In this document: positions 1 to 10,422 of the stretch, piece by piece
How positions within the stretch are numbered: the first letter of the stretch is position 1
Layout: every line of letters starts with the position of its first letter
The notes under the pieces: generated by a model
Databases searched by the model: none
What the model saw: the letters and a program-made list of their open reading frames with translations, nothing else
Told to the model about the DNA's origin: nothing
Origin: Carcharhinus amblyrhynchos
Lineage: Eukaryota
Length of the DNA stretch: 64,000 bases
Direction: 5' to 3'
NCBI GenBank assembly: GCA_965287045.1
Contig: OZ336890.1
Span: forward strand, 36,022,001-36,086,000
Translations under genes and position numbers: made by a program

Positions 1-135
1 GGTGCTTTAGTCAATAAAACCCCTTGATTGCTACCTCAACTCAGATTTATTAGGTTGACATGGGTCTGAAACAAAGTTTGAGAGTGTACAACCTCCTCAT
101 CTAAATGCATTTTAACTAAAGAATATAAAAGCCAA

Positions 136-282
136 CAGATGCAGTATAATGTGGATATATGTGAGATTATCTATTTCAATAGCAAAAATAGGAAGGCAGA
201 TTGTTTTTGAATATGTATAAATTGAGAGAGATGGAAACTCAGTGGACTTTGGTATATTTCTGCATCAGTCGCTGAAAATAAC
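136..282 (+). mobile_element. CR1 LINE ORF2 fragment (degenerate)
   Basis: Encodes QMQYNVD.CE.I.F and ..HQSLK, motifs just downstream of the CR1 RT FADD motif (compare the ORF at 62301-63494). Confidence 0.8.
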
Positions 283-330
283 ACCAGGCAACGTTGCATT
301 GAAACTACCTTCTTCAGACAGTGTTTTTAT

Positions 331-630
331 GTTTATTCATTAGTGTCACAAGTAGGCTTACATTAACACCGCAATGAAGTTACTGTGAAAATCCCCTAGG
401 CGGCACACTCCAGTGCCTGGTCAGATACACTGAGGGAGAATTTAGCATGGCCAATGCACCTAACGAGCGCATCTTTCAGACTGTGGGAGGAACCGGAGCA
501 CCCAGAGGAAACCCAGATAGTCATGGGGAGAATATGCAAACTCCATACGGACAGTGAGCCAAGCCAGGAATTGAACCCAGGTCCCTGGCGCTGACACAGC
601 CGCAGTACTGACCACTGCACCACCGTGCTG
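331..630 (-). mobile_element. tRNA-derived V-SINE (HE1-like), tail variant A
   Basis: Minus strand reads GCACGGTGGTGCAGTGGTCAGTACTG..GGGTTCAATTCC (A/B boxes), then the V-domain GGGTTTCCTCTGGGTGCTCCGGTT and a tail ending GTAAGCCTACTTGTGACACTAATGAATAAAC. Confidence 0.92.
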
Positions 631-1419
631 TGATAGGTACATCTGGGTTTCTATGCAAGCCCCGTAGGGTTAATTTTACACTGAGGTTGAGCATTTGAAA
701 ATGTGACATATGTTGGTCTGCAGCCTTCAACGTAAAGTTGCCAAAAGTCCCGGAATTCAAAAATCCCAAAGTATACGGTGTCCTTCAATATGTTTAGCAA
801 AGTGCTTTTAGCAGAAACTTTTAAAAATAAATGTTTATATAATTACTATCAGTGTAATTCAATCACTTCAGTGACAGGTTATATTAGGGCTTTATCTCTG
901 TCTTTGTGACAGGACTGTTCTCAGGTTACTCAGTCACAAAGTTAAATGTTAAATATGTGTAATTACTGTGAAGGCAGAGATCTATCAGGAGACAGCATTC
1001 CATCATTAAAAAGACCCGGGAACAAAATTACTGAAATATACATGACTCAGATATATAATTCCTGAGAAAATGATTTAATTAGCAAACAAATTCTCCGGTT
1101 GTTCTTGGAGATTTTGCCTTTGCTGCACCTTCCAGTTGCCTAGAAACTCAGGTGAGATTTTAATTCATTCAATATCAACCCAATCACCCCTTAAAATTAT
1201 AATTTAAATAATAAGTGCATAATTATAAGTTTTAAAAAAAGGCAAATCTCAACCATGTCATGTTAAGGCAATAGAAAAACAGGTCTGCAAATAGAAAAGT
1301 AAAATAACAGAAGCAGTGCAACTGAATGAATAACCAAACTCAGATTTAAAAAGGATAGCACAATCAGTCAGTCATCTGTAGAACTGTAGCAGAAAATGCT
1401 GGGAAATCTCAGCATGTCT

Positions 1420-1640
1420 TTGCAGATGATACAAAGCTGGGTGGGAAGATGGGCTGTGGGGAGGATGCAAAGGTGCTTCAGCAGGATTTGGACAGGCTGA
1501 GTAACTGGGCGTATGCTTGGCAGATGCAGTATAATGTGGATAAATATGTGGTTACCCACTTCAATAGCGAAAATAGGAAGGTAGGTTGTTGTTTGAATAT
1601 GTATAAATTGAGAGAAATGGATATTCAGAGGACCTTGGAC
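1420..1640 (+). mobile_element. CR1 LINE RT fragment
   Basis: Translates FADDTKLGGKMGCGEDAKVLQQDLDRLSNWAYAWQMQYNVDK, a CR1 RT core segment. Confidence 0.9.
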
Positions 1641-1777
1641 CTTATCATCATGCCATTTGTAACGCCCAGTGTTCAGTTCTCTCCTTGGTATAGGTTACTT
1701 CATATACGGTTTTACAATTACTTGACGAGATACTTCTAAAGAGAATTCTCATTAATAGTATTAGGTTGTTTTGAGGT

Positions 1778-2144
1778 AAACCGACCTCCCGTCCATTGAC
1801 TCTGTCAACACCTCTTGCTGCCTTGGAAAACAGCCAGCATAATCAAGGACCCCACGCATCCCAGACATACTCCCTTTCACCACCTTCCATCAGGAAAAAG
1901 ATACAAAATCTAAGGTCGCGTACCAACCAACTCAAGAACAGCTTCTCTACTGCTATTGGACTTTTGAATACCTTATGTTAAGCTGATCTTTCTCTGCACC
2001 CCATCTGTAACTGCAACACTATATTCTGCACCTTCTTCTTTCCTTTTCCCCTATGTAGTCTGTGAATGGTATGTTTGTGTCCATGTTGCATACAAGGAAC
2101 AATGCTTTTCACTGTATCCCAATACAATAATAAATCAAATCAAA
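1778..2144 (+). mobile_element. Rex1/Babar-like LINE 3' end
   Basis: Encodes an IIKDPTHP..LFS.LPSGKRY.NLR.RTNQLKNSF-type C-terminus and ends in AATAAATCAAATCAAA. Homologous to four other copies in the window. Confidence 0.85.
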
Positions 2145-2559
2145 ACTTTCAAACAATATCATATGGGAGCTCCCTTGATAGCTCAAAGTCTTTGTCCAGT
2201 GAATAGCTGAGACCTATAGATGAGGATGACTTCAGGTTTAATTCTCTCACTGGACTAGCTGATCTGGGCTCAGTGATAATAAGTACCACTTGGGCAAGAT
2301 GCAAGAGGCCACAGGGGAACCAAATCCTAGGAACAATCCAGCCCCTTAGTACTCTAATGGTTGCCTCGGTTCTTAGCCAAGCACACACAGTGAGACTGTC
2401 AATTTCATGATGTTGGTTTACACAATGTTAAGTGGTTTCAAGGTTTTGTGGTCCTTGTTTGATACTTTAAAGGGTCCAGATGATTGAAAATTTCATTAGC
2501 TTGCAGTGAAATTACTTCTTTCCAACACAGGAGAAAGTTATGAATGAGTTACTTTTTCA

Positions 2560-3188
2560 AAGTCTTTTTATACATCCCATTCTCACTATCAGGTTCATTG
2601 GTTTCTGACAGTGTATAGTGAGTTAATTGACAGGGAAGCACTATAGCTTGGCAGGAGGTGTATGAGGGTCCATGGGGTCTGGTTAGAAGGGCAGAGCTTG
2701 GCATAGGAGGCATGATGGACCATGCAGCTTGGATGGAAGGACAGATCTTGGCATGGTGGGCATCAGGGATCCTTTTGAACGTAGTCTTTAAAAGGTCCCC
2801 TGATGCAGACTGCAGTTCACAACTCCTCTGAAGGGCTATGAACCATTGCTTTTTAAAAACCTGGCCCAACTCCTTGAAAATTGCAGCAGAGTAGAATAAG
2901 TCAATCTCCAGAATGGAGCCAGCCAGTCGGGAGCGCTGGAGGCAGGCTTTTGACAGGAACCAGCCTGCACCCTTTAAAGATGGAATGTCTTTGAGAAACC
3001 TGGAATGGAGATCCATCCATCATTTTTAAAGTCGAATCATCGTGACTTGGTGAAAATCCATGCAGCTTATTTGAAAATGGTCCGGAGATGGAAGGATACC
3101 AACAAGCTGGCTTGCTGCTCTCCGATAATGATTTTTCTGCCTCGTTGTCTTTGGTCTCAGTTCCATGGTCAGTGGAAAATCCAACCCC
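2560..3188. mobile_element. Degenerate Harbinger-type non-autonomous DNA element
   Basis: Right end GGAAAATCCAACCC matches the TIR type of the other MITEs here. The left boundary is uncertain. Confidence 0.45.
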
Positions 3189-3289
3189 TCCTATATGTTT
3201 GATTATTTAGGAAACTACATTTTGTTTTTTTAAAAAAATATTGCTAAATCTAGCTGTTTTCAAAATGTAAAGATACCAACATCACTGAA

Positions 3290-3420
3290 AAGAGAGAGAT
3301 TATCAAAGCTATTCATCTTGCACTCATCAGGACAAGCAGAAGAATGTCAAATATCAAATTATCACAATTTATACTATAGGAGACAAGATGCTGATTGATT
3401 CAAAAATATTGATGTTACAT
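3290..3420 (-). repeat. Short repeat carrying a degenerate minimal hammerhead-ribozyme motif
   Basis: Minus strand TTGTC-CTGATGA-GTGCAAGAT-GAAT-AGCT-TT-GATAA. A related copy lies at about 61780-61812. Confidence 0.55.
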
Positions 3421-3437
3421 GCAAATATTTTAAAATG

Positions 3438-3750
3438 GGGCTGTAAGGTGACACAATGGTTAGCATTGCTGCTTCACAACGCCGGGGACCCCGGCTCGAT
3501 TCCTGGCTTGGGTAAGTATCTGTGCCGATTCTGCACGTTCTCCCTGTGTCTGCGTGGGTTTCCTCCGGGCACTCCGATTTTCTCCTACAGTCCGAAAGAC
3601 TGCTGGTTAGGTGCATTGGCAATGCTAAATTCTCCCACAGTGCACCCGAACAGGTGCCGGAGTATGGCGACTAGGGGATTCTCACAGTAACTTCATTGCA
3701 GTGTTAATGTAAGCCTACTTGGGACACTAGTAAATATGATTAAACTTTAA
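3438..3750 (+). mobile_element. V-SINE, tail variant A
   Basis: tRNA-like head, V-domain and CCCGAACAGG..GTAAGCCTACTTG tail. Confidence 0.92.
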
Positions 3751-5516
3751 TTAAAAAGATATTGATACAGTTTGCATGAACCCATGTTCAAATTTTACCC
3801 GTTTATGATATTGATGTTGACAGCATTGAGGACATCCCTGATTAGGGCTGGTGCTGCACTTGATAAAGCAATGTAGATAGACTACCTGGTGCAGTTAGGG
3901 AGCTTGTATACTACCTGACCCACTCACAATTCTGAATTTGGTTTCACAGGCAGCCAAAGAATGACAAGATCAGCACATGTTGTTGTCTGAAATCCAATGA
4001 CAATACACAGGTAAGTCTTTCAATATTTAGCCATTTAAGATTCCACTAAAACTTGCATTGAGCTTGAATTTGCATCGCAGACACAGCAAATTGTTAAAAA
4101 ATCACCCCCAATGCTGGGCAAGATGCGTTTTCCTTAATGCCGGGAGTCCACTAAGAGCTACAAGTTGTATTTATATTTATTATCAACTGAACACTCCACA
4201 GTCCAGCCGCGCAACTAATGTATTATGAAGGAGAGTACAGACAAAAAAACCATCTATGTGAATTGACAATTAGAGAATTGAAGATTGGGAAATTGAAAAA
4301 GAAAAGAGAATGGATCGAACAAAACGAGTCATAATCAGTCAGCCGAGCAATCTCCAAACTAAAAGCACTTCAGGGTTTTCGGACGACAATTTTGCTTGCA
4401 AACTGGTTTAAGTCTGACAGCTGGAGAGGTGTGAAATCCTGACATACCAGCTGTGATTAGACATTATATCAGCCCGATTACTCTCTAAGGGCAGTAATAG
4501 CTTCTGGACAGATGATGGCAAGCTAAAAGTGCCATTATTCATTTGTCCAACTTCTCAACATTACTCACTGGCCAGTGTATGTATGTCGAAAACAGCATCA
4601 GATGGAGAGACCTTGGCAACCTCAGCTATTCGAGATAAAAGCGGCAGAAAGCAGATATCTGAAGAGGCCTCTAAACGATCTTTACGGGAGGATGCCGAAC
4701 AGTACTTAACTCCTGGCTTTCAAAGTCTTCCTTGCGAATTATTCAAAGGACCTAACCTCGGCGAAGCAGTTAGTCACTCATTCTGAAGGGCTGTGAGTTA
4801 GAATGGTGAGCCCCCACCAGGATTATTTTCAATGCAACCTCAATGCTGTTACTGCCCGGAAAAGGATGGAAATGAGACAAGAAATTTAAAACACAATGAT
4901 ATTGTGTGTTTTTCAACTCAATGTTTTAAATTTTTTAAGTGTGCCTAGTACTCTAATACATTTTAAGCCTTGTTCCCAAGATATTGCTGTACAATCCACC
5001 TCACCAATGTACAATGCATGAATGTATTTCTCTGAAGGACCAGCGCCAGGCCTGAAGGTGAAATTAAAATAGATCCGAAATGAGCCAAGCATTTTGGATG
5101 CGTGGAAAGGAAACAGTCCAAATGTTGGGGCCATTTCAAACTCTTCAGATTCCTATACATCTTTCCCTTTTTTGTTTTAAATAACATAGCACTGACTTAG
5201 GAAAGAAAATTTGCCAGACTGGTTCCTTCTGTGGCACTGCATAATCATATTTAGCAACCTCCCCTCAAAAATTCTGGATGTGATGATGGTGGTAAACAGT
5301 TGGAAGAGAATGATTATTTCCTTTGCAGTGTGCAATTTTTCATTTTTTTTAAACACAGTATCCAGTTTCCCCTGGAGTGCTTGATAGTTTGATGAGAAAG
5401 CATTCGTAACATATTTCTAAGGAAAGATTTGCATCCAGCATCCCATGAGGGGAATAAATCCACATTTTCTGGCAAAGTAGAAAGAGATCCATTGGACTTC
5501 CTTTGTTTCCTGTTGA

Positions 5517-6245
5517 GATTTGATTTGATTTATTGTTGTCACATGTATTGGGATACAGGGAAAAATATTGTTTCTTGCGCACTATACAAACTAAGCATAC
5601 CGTTCATAGAGTACAGCAGGGAGAAGGATAGGAGACAGTGCAAAATGTAGTATTACAGTCACAGTTAGGGTATAGAGAAAAATCAGCTCAAAAGTCTGAT
5701 GGCAGCAGGGAAGAAGCTGTTCTTGAATTGGTTGGTACTTGATCTCAGACTTCTGTATCTTTTTCCCGACGGAAGTGGAAGACAGTGGGGGGGTTGGAGT
5801 TTTACCGCCCCGGAATTGGGACGGGTGTAGCTTCCAGAATGGAATTATTCATTGGTCTCAGGTGAGATTTTACGAGCCTCGCCTGAACAAGGTTGTAAAA
5901 CACCAGCAGGTATGTCCGGGTTGCGTGGGGTTCTTGATTATGCTGGCTGCTTTGCTGAGGCAGCAGGAAGTATAGATAGAGTCAATGGATGGCAGGCTGG
6001 TTTGTGTGATGGACTGGGCTACATTCACAACCCTTTGTAGTTTCTTGCCGTCTTGGGCAGAGCAGCAACCATATCAAGCTGTGATATAACCAGAAAGAAT
6101 GCTTTCTATGGTGCATCCGTAAAAACTGGGGAGAGTCGTAGGGGACATGCTAAATTTCCTTAGCCTCCTGAGAACATAGAACTGTTGGTGGGCTTTCTTA
6201 ACTATAGCATTGGCATGGAAGGACCAGGACAGGTTGTTAGTGATC
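5517..6245 (-). mobile_element. Rex1/Babar-like LINE 3' part, interrupted by a MITE
   Basis: ORF 6074-6274 reads NLSWSFHANAIVKKAHQQFYVLRRLRKFSMS..FYGCTIESILSGYITA, typical of the Rex1 RT C-terminal region. The (TCAAA)n tail is at about 5517-5535. Confidence 0.9.
5788..5909. mobile_element. MITE inserted in the Rex1 copy
   Basis: Inverted ends GGTTGGAGTTTTAC / GTAAAACACCAGC. The Rex1 sequence resumes on both sides. Confidence 0.65.
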
Positions 6246-6610
6246 TTCTCCCCACTTGGAAATTTTTTCCCCATTCATGAACAAAGGAATTTTACATGAA
6301 TGCGGTGAAGTGAAAATAGTGGTCTAGAAATTCAACTGCTCTGTACTCAATTTTCAAGCACTAAGTGACTTCCTAACCCATCAATATGGTGGACAGGATG
6401 CATGCACTCATTTTAAGCCACAAGTGCACTATGGTGATGCAGGCAATAAATTGGCTTTAAGGGCCCACACCTGAAACAAAAGTCAGACATATTCAATGAA
6501 GAGACCTTCTATCTGTTAGAGGCCCCCCCAACAATATTAGGATGCCTTGAGAGTGCAATTGGTGACGCTGGAGCAATTAACTACATTCAGGAAAACTAGA
6601 TCAGCACATG

Positions 6611-6953
6611 GAGTGGCATGGTGGCACAGTAGTTGGCACTGCTGCCTCACAGCACCAGGGATCTAGGTTCGATTTCAGCCTTGGGTGACTATCTGTGTGG
6701 AGTTTGCATACTCTCCCTGTGTGTGCATGGTTTTCCTCGGGATGCTCTTGTTTCCTCCTAAGATGCGCAGGTTAGGTGGATTGGCCATGCTAACTTGTCC
6801 TTTATTGTCCTAAGATGTGTAGGTTAGGTAGATTAGTCATAATAAATGTATGGGATTATTGGAATGGGGTGGGCCTGGATAAGATGTTCTGTTGGAAGGT
6901 CTGTGCAGACTCCATAGGCTGACTGGCCTCCTTTTGCACTGTAGGGATTCTGT
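6611..6953 (+). mobile_element. V-SINE (HE1-like), CR1-type tail B
   Basis: Head GGCATGGTGGCACAGT, V-domain, tail TGGCCTCCTTTTGCACTGTAGGGATTCT. Confidence 0.92.
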
Positions 6954-7779
6954 GTAGTCAAGAGGCAATCCCACTGCCTTAGGCTGTCCCCAGGAAGTTC
7001 AATTAGCTTAAGGAACAAAAGAGTTGCAGTCCTGATCTCACATTAAAATGATATGGGTTGCTGTCATCCACCATGCTCCCCCACCCCCATACTTTACATC
7101 AGCCCCCCAAATGCCAGCACTACTGTCCTTTATCCTGGTCTCCATCATTCTCAATTGGTGCCAAATACTTTTCCAGATCCTTGATCACCACTAAGCCCCT
7201 TTATGACCATTGCTATCATCACTACAGCTTACCCTTTTCCCTTGCACCACATCCCCTCCACCATCTGACCCTATCCTCGCCCACTTTGAGGACGACCCCT
7301 GGAGAGTTGCAGGCATTGTGCTGATCTGAACTTTGATCCCTCTTCTCCAATGAGCTACCTGGGAGCACCCTTTGGAAGTCCACAGCTCAATGACGATGAG
7401 CCTGGGGTCCAATATTATGCACACATCAGGCTTATCCATTCAGGTAGGGGGACTGTATCCTATGTGGAGGCACGGTCTCTCGGCAACAATACTATTTCCA
7501 TTCACAACATAAAGAAATCAGGCAACTGACTAAAAATATGCTAGGGTTCATTAAGGGGCAAAGCGATCATGATGCTGATTTTAGTTGATACAGTTAGCAC
7601 ACAGACATTGAGCCACTTGCTCATCTCCCATGATTGTGGCATGCGGCAGGTGACCCAGGCTTTGCGAGCCTAACACCATTTAAGGCCAATCTGTATCTCT
7701 TAAAGCCGAGGCACACTCCTACGGAGTAAACTGCTGGAAACAACTGAGAAAGACTTTCTGAGATGGAAGAAAGTGGAGC

Positions 7780-7990
7780 GATAAAGATACAGACCACACA
7801 GAGAGAGGGCTCCCAACTTCACAGAAGTACCACTGGAGGCTTTAGTGTAAGAGGTGACATAAAGAGAGGTTTTTTTTTTGCAAGGGTTCTGGAGGTCTTT
7901 CAGGCATATAGTGGAAAAAGAGCAGGTGTAAATAGTCTTGGAGGACAATGACAGGAGTCAGGTTCCAAAGGACATGGATACAGTGTCGGG
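7780..7990 (+). pseudogene. Harbinger Myb/SANT-like DNA-binding protein N-terminal relic
   Basis: From 7800 translates RERAPNFTEVPLEALV*EVT*REVFF, resembling the R.RAP.F..LE.LV.EV motif of Harbinger-associated Myb proteins, with in-frame stops. Confidence 0.55.
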
Positions 7991-8344
7991 AAAAAGTTTA
8001 ATATTCTTCTATGAATGGTCAAGTTCAAGCCTTTTGGGGGAGATGGTGACTGATATTTTTAGCATGGACCATGTCATTTAAATAATCTAGGATAATGGTG
8101 CGTTCCTTTGCCTTTTGCGCCTTCTCAAATCTTACTTCACCCTCTTCCCACAATATGTTATAATATACAAGATGCAGATGGTGTCATGATGCATCCCTTG
8201 GATTCCAATAACTTCCCTTTCCCTCACCTCAACTTTCTCTTTCTGCATTTACTCTTCTGGATACCCCAGAACTGCCAACAACCAACCAGTGGTGGTGCCC
8301 GAGGAAGAAAAGTTGACCTCTGTGGAAGAGGCACTATCACTAAA

Positions 8345-8540
8345 TCTGACACCAAGGCGCATTTTAACATGGCCAGTCCACCTAATCCGCACATCTTTGG
8401 AATGTGGGAGGAAACCACAGAGGAAACTCATGCAGACATAGGGAGAACGTGCAAACTCCACACAGTCACCCAAGGCCAGAATCGAACCTGGGTCCCTGGC
8501 ACCGTGAGGCAGTAGTGCTAACCACTGTGCCACCATGCTG
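8345..8540 (-). mobile_element. V-SINE, partial (head and V-domain)
   Basis: ATGGTGGCACAGTGGTTAGCACTACTGCCTCAC.. on the minus strand; tail missing. Confidence 0.9.
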
Positions 8541-9399
8541 TGTGTCAGTGGCCAAAGTAGTTCAAATAACAATGTAATGTACTGAGTTTTCAATGTGACT
8601 TTGCATTAGATGACAGGAAAAGAGGATATACAGAATTATGTTGACAGGCAAGAGATGTTAACTACAAAATAGGTTGTCATGAGTTTTTAATTGAAAGAAA
8701 ATAGGATGTAGTTGTTCTAAAACATTAATTTTAGTTGTGTTATATTAAATGGATTCTGAAGCCATTTTGAATGGTTGCGTTTTCCTAAAATGAACCCCGT
8801 GGATTAATAACAGCCTGGCAATATTTAGCGATGCAGCAGATGTTGAATAAAATGCCACTGTCACACCATATTGGACAAACACTGGGATGTTAAACACAAT
8901 TCCAGCCCACAAACGATCACAGCAGGAGCGCACAGCTCAAATACCAAACGCTTTCTCTGTCACCGTCGCATTTCGAGGCACCATAGTAATTATTTCATAC
9001 CGATCATTTCTGGGAGTGGTGAATCATATCCCATCATTTCTACAGCTGCAAGTTCACTTGTCACTAATGAGTGGCAGTAGCTCAAATTAAGGAATGGAAT
9101 GTAGTTAAAAAAAAACAGTAAGCTGCAATTCTGTGTGATGGATTGCAGTGTCAGCTTGGCTTCAGCTTTCGTCTGAACTGAAGTTCAGCTTAACATTACT
9201 GAAGCGCTTAATTGGGCTTATTCCATGCTTTTCATCATTTTTGCTCATTTTCATTGCTTGTATTGACATTTTTCTGGTATTAACTGATTTTACTCTTCTT
9301 AATTCTTTACGCTGTTGGAATAAACAATAAAAATCAGAACAAATGTTTTAAGCTGTTCTCACCTCACTCAACTGGCCGTGTGCACTCCAAATTGCTCAT

Positions 9400-10422
9400 A
9401 TTATAAAATGGTCCATGCCCATATGCAGCGAGACCTGATAAACATTCAAGCTTGAGCTGATAAGTGGGGATGTAATATTAGAGTCAAAGAAATGCTAGAC
9501 AATGCCCACCTCCCCTTGGCATTCAGGAAATTGCCATCTCTGAATTTTCCACCATCAATATCGGATTGGGCACCATTAACCAGAAACTGAACTGGTAAAA
9601 TCACCATAGTCCCAGATGACCATAGGCTGCTTTCCTCTTTGAGGGGAAGAGCTGACTGGTGGTGATTGAGGACCACTACACTTTGGGCAAGGGGCAAGGC
9701 TGAGAAGGCACGGCCTCCGTGAATAACCTCAACTGGTACAGGAATTGAACGCATGCCGTTGGACTCGCTCTGTGTCACCAACCAACTGTCCAGCTAACTG
9801 AGCTAAACCGACCAGTTCTATAAATAGCGAAACTACAAGAGCAGGTCAGAGATTGGGCATTAGGGTGAGTAACTTAGCTTCTGACTCCACAAATTCTGTG
9901 CACCATTTACAAATGCACAGGTCAGGAATGCGATGGAATATTCTACACTTGTCTACATGCAGCCCTAACAGCACTCAAGAAGTTGGATGCTTTTTAGCAC
10001 GAAGCAGCCTGCTTGATTGGTACCTCACTCATCATCTTAAGCATTCACTCCCTCCATCACTGGTACAGTGTAGGAGCAGTGTGTGCCATCTACAAGATGC
10101 ACTGCAGCTACTTGCTGAGGCCTCTTCAACAGCAACTCCCAAACCTGCAAACTTTTACCACCTAGAAGACCAAAGGCAGCAGTCACATGAAAGCACCACC
10201 ACCTAAAAGTTCCCTTGTAAGTTTATGAAATATATCACTGTTCCTTACTCGTTGCTGGGCCTAAATCCTGGAACCCACTATCGAATGGTACTCATTGAAT
10301 ACCTACACCGCAATCATTGCTGCAGTTTAAGAAGGTGACTCATTTCCTTCTTAAGGGTAATGAGGAATGGGTAATAAATGCTGGCCTTTGCAGCCCATGC
10401 CTCATGAATAAATGAAAACAAA
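9400..10422 (+). mobile_element. CR1-group LINE 3' region (AAGGGCAATTAGGGATGGG-tail family), interrupted by a SINE
   Basis: Degenerate ORF2 motifs (DL.NIQAWADKW; TID.KLNW..HI; IYKAQVR..MEY) and tail AAGGGTAATGAGGAATGGGTAATAAATGCTGGCC..ATGAATAAAT. Homologous to 29805-30530. Confidence 0.8.
9594..9813 (-). mobile_element. tRNA-derived SINE of a distinct family, nested in the LINE
   Basis: Minus strand GGTCGGTTTAGCTCAGTTAGCTGG (A box) ..GTTCAATTCC (B box), unrelated body, ends GGGACTATGGTGATTTTACC. The LINE is continuous across it (AACTGG|ACCAG). Confidence 0.75.
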
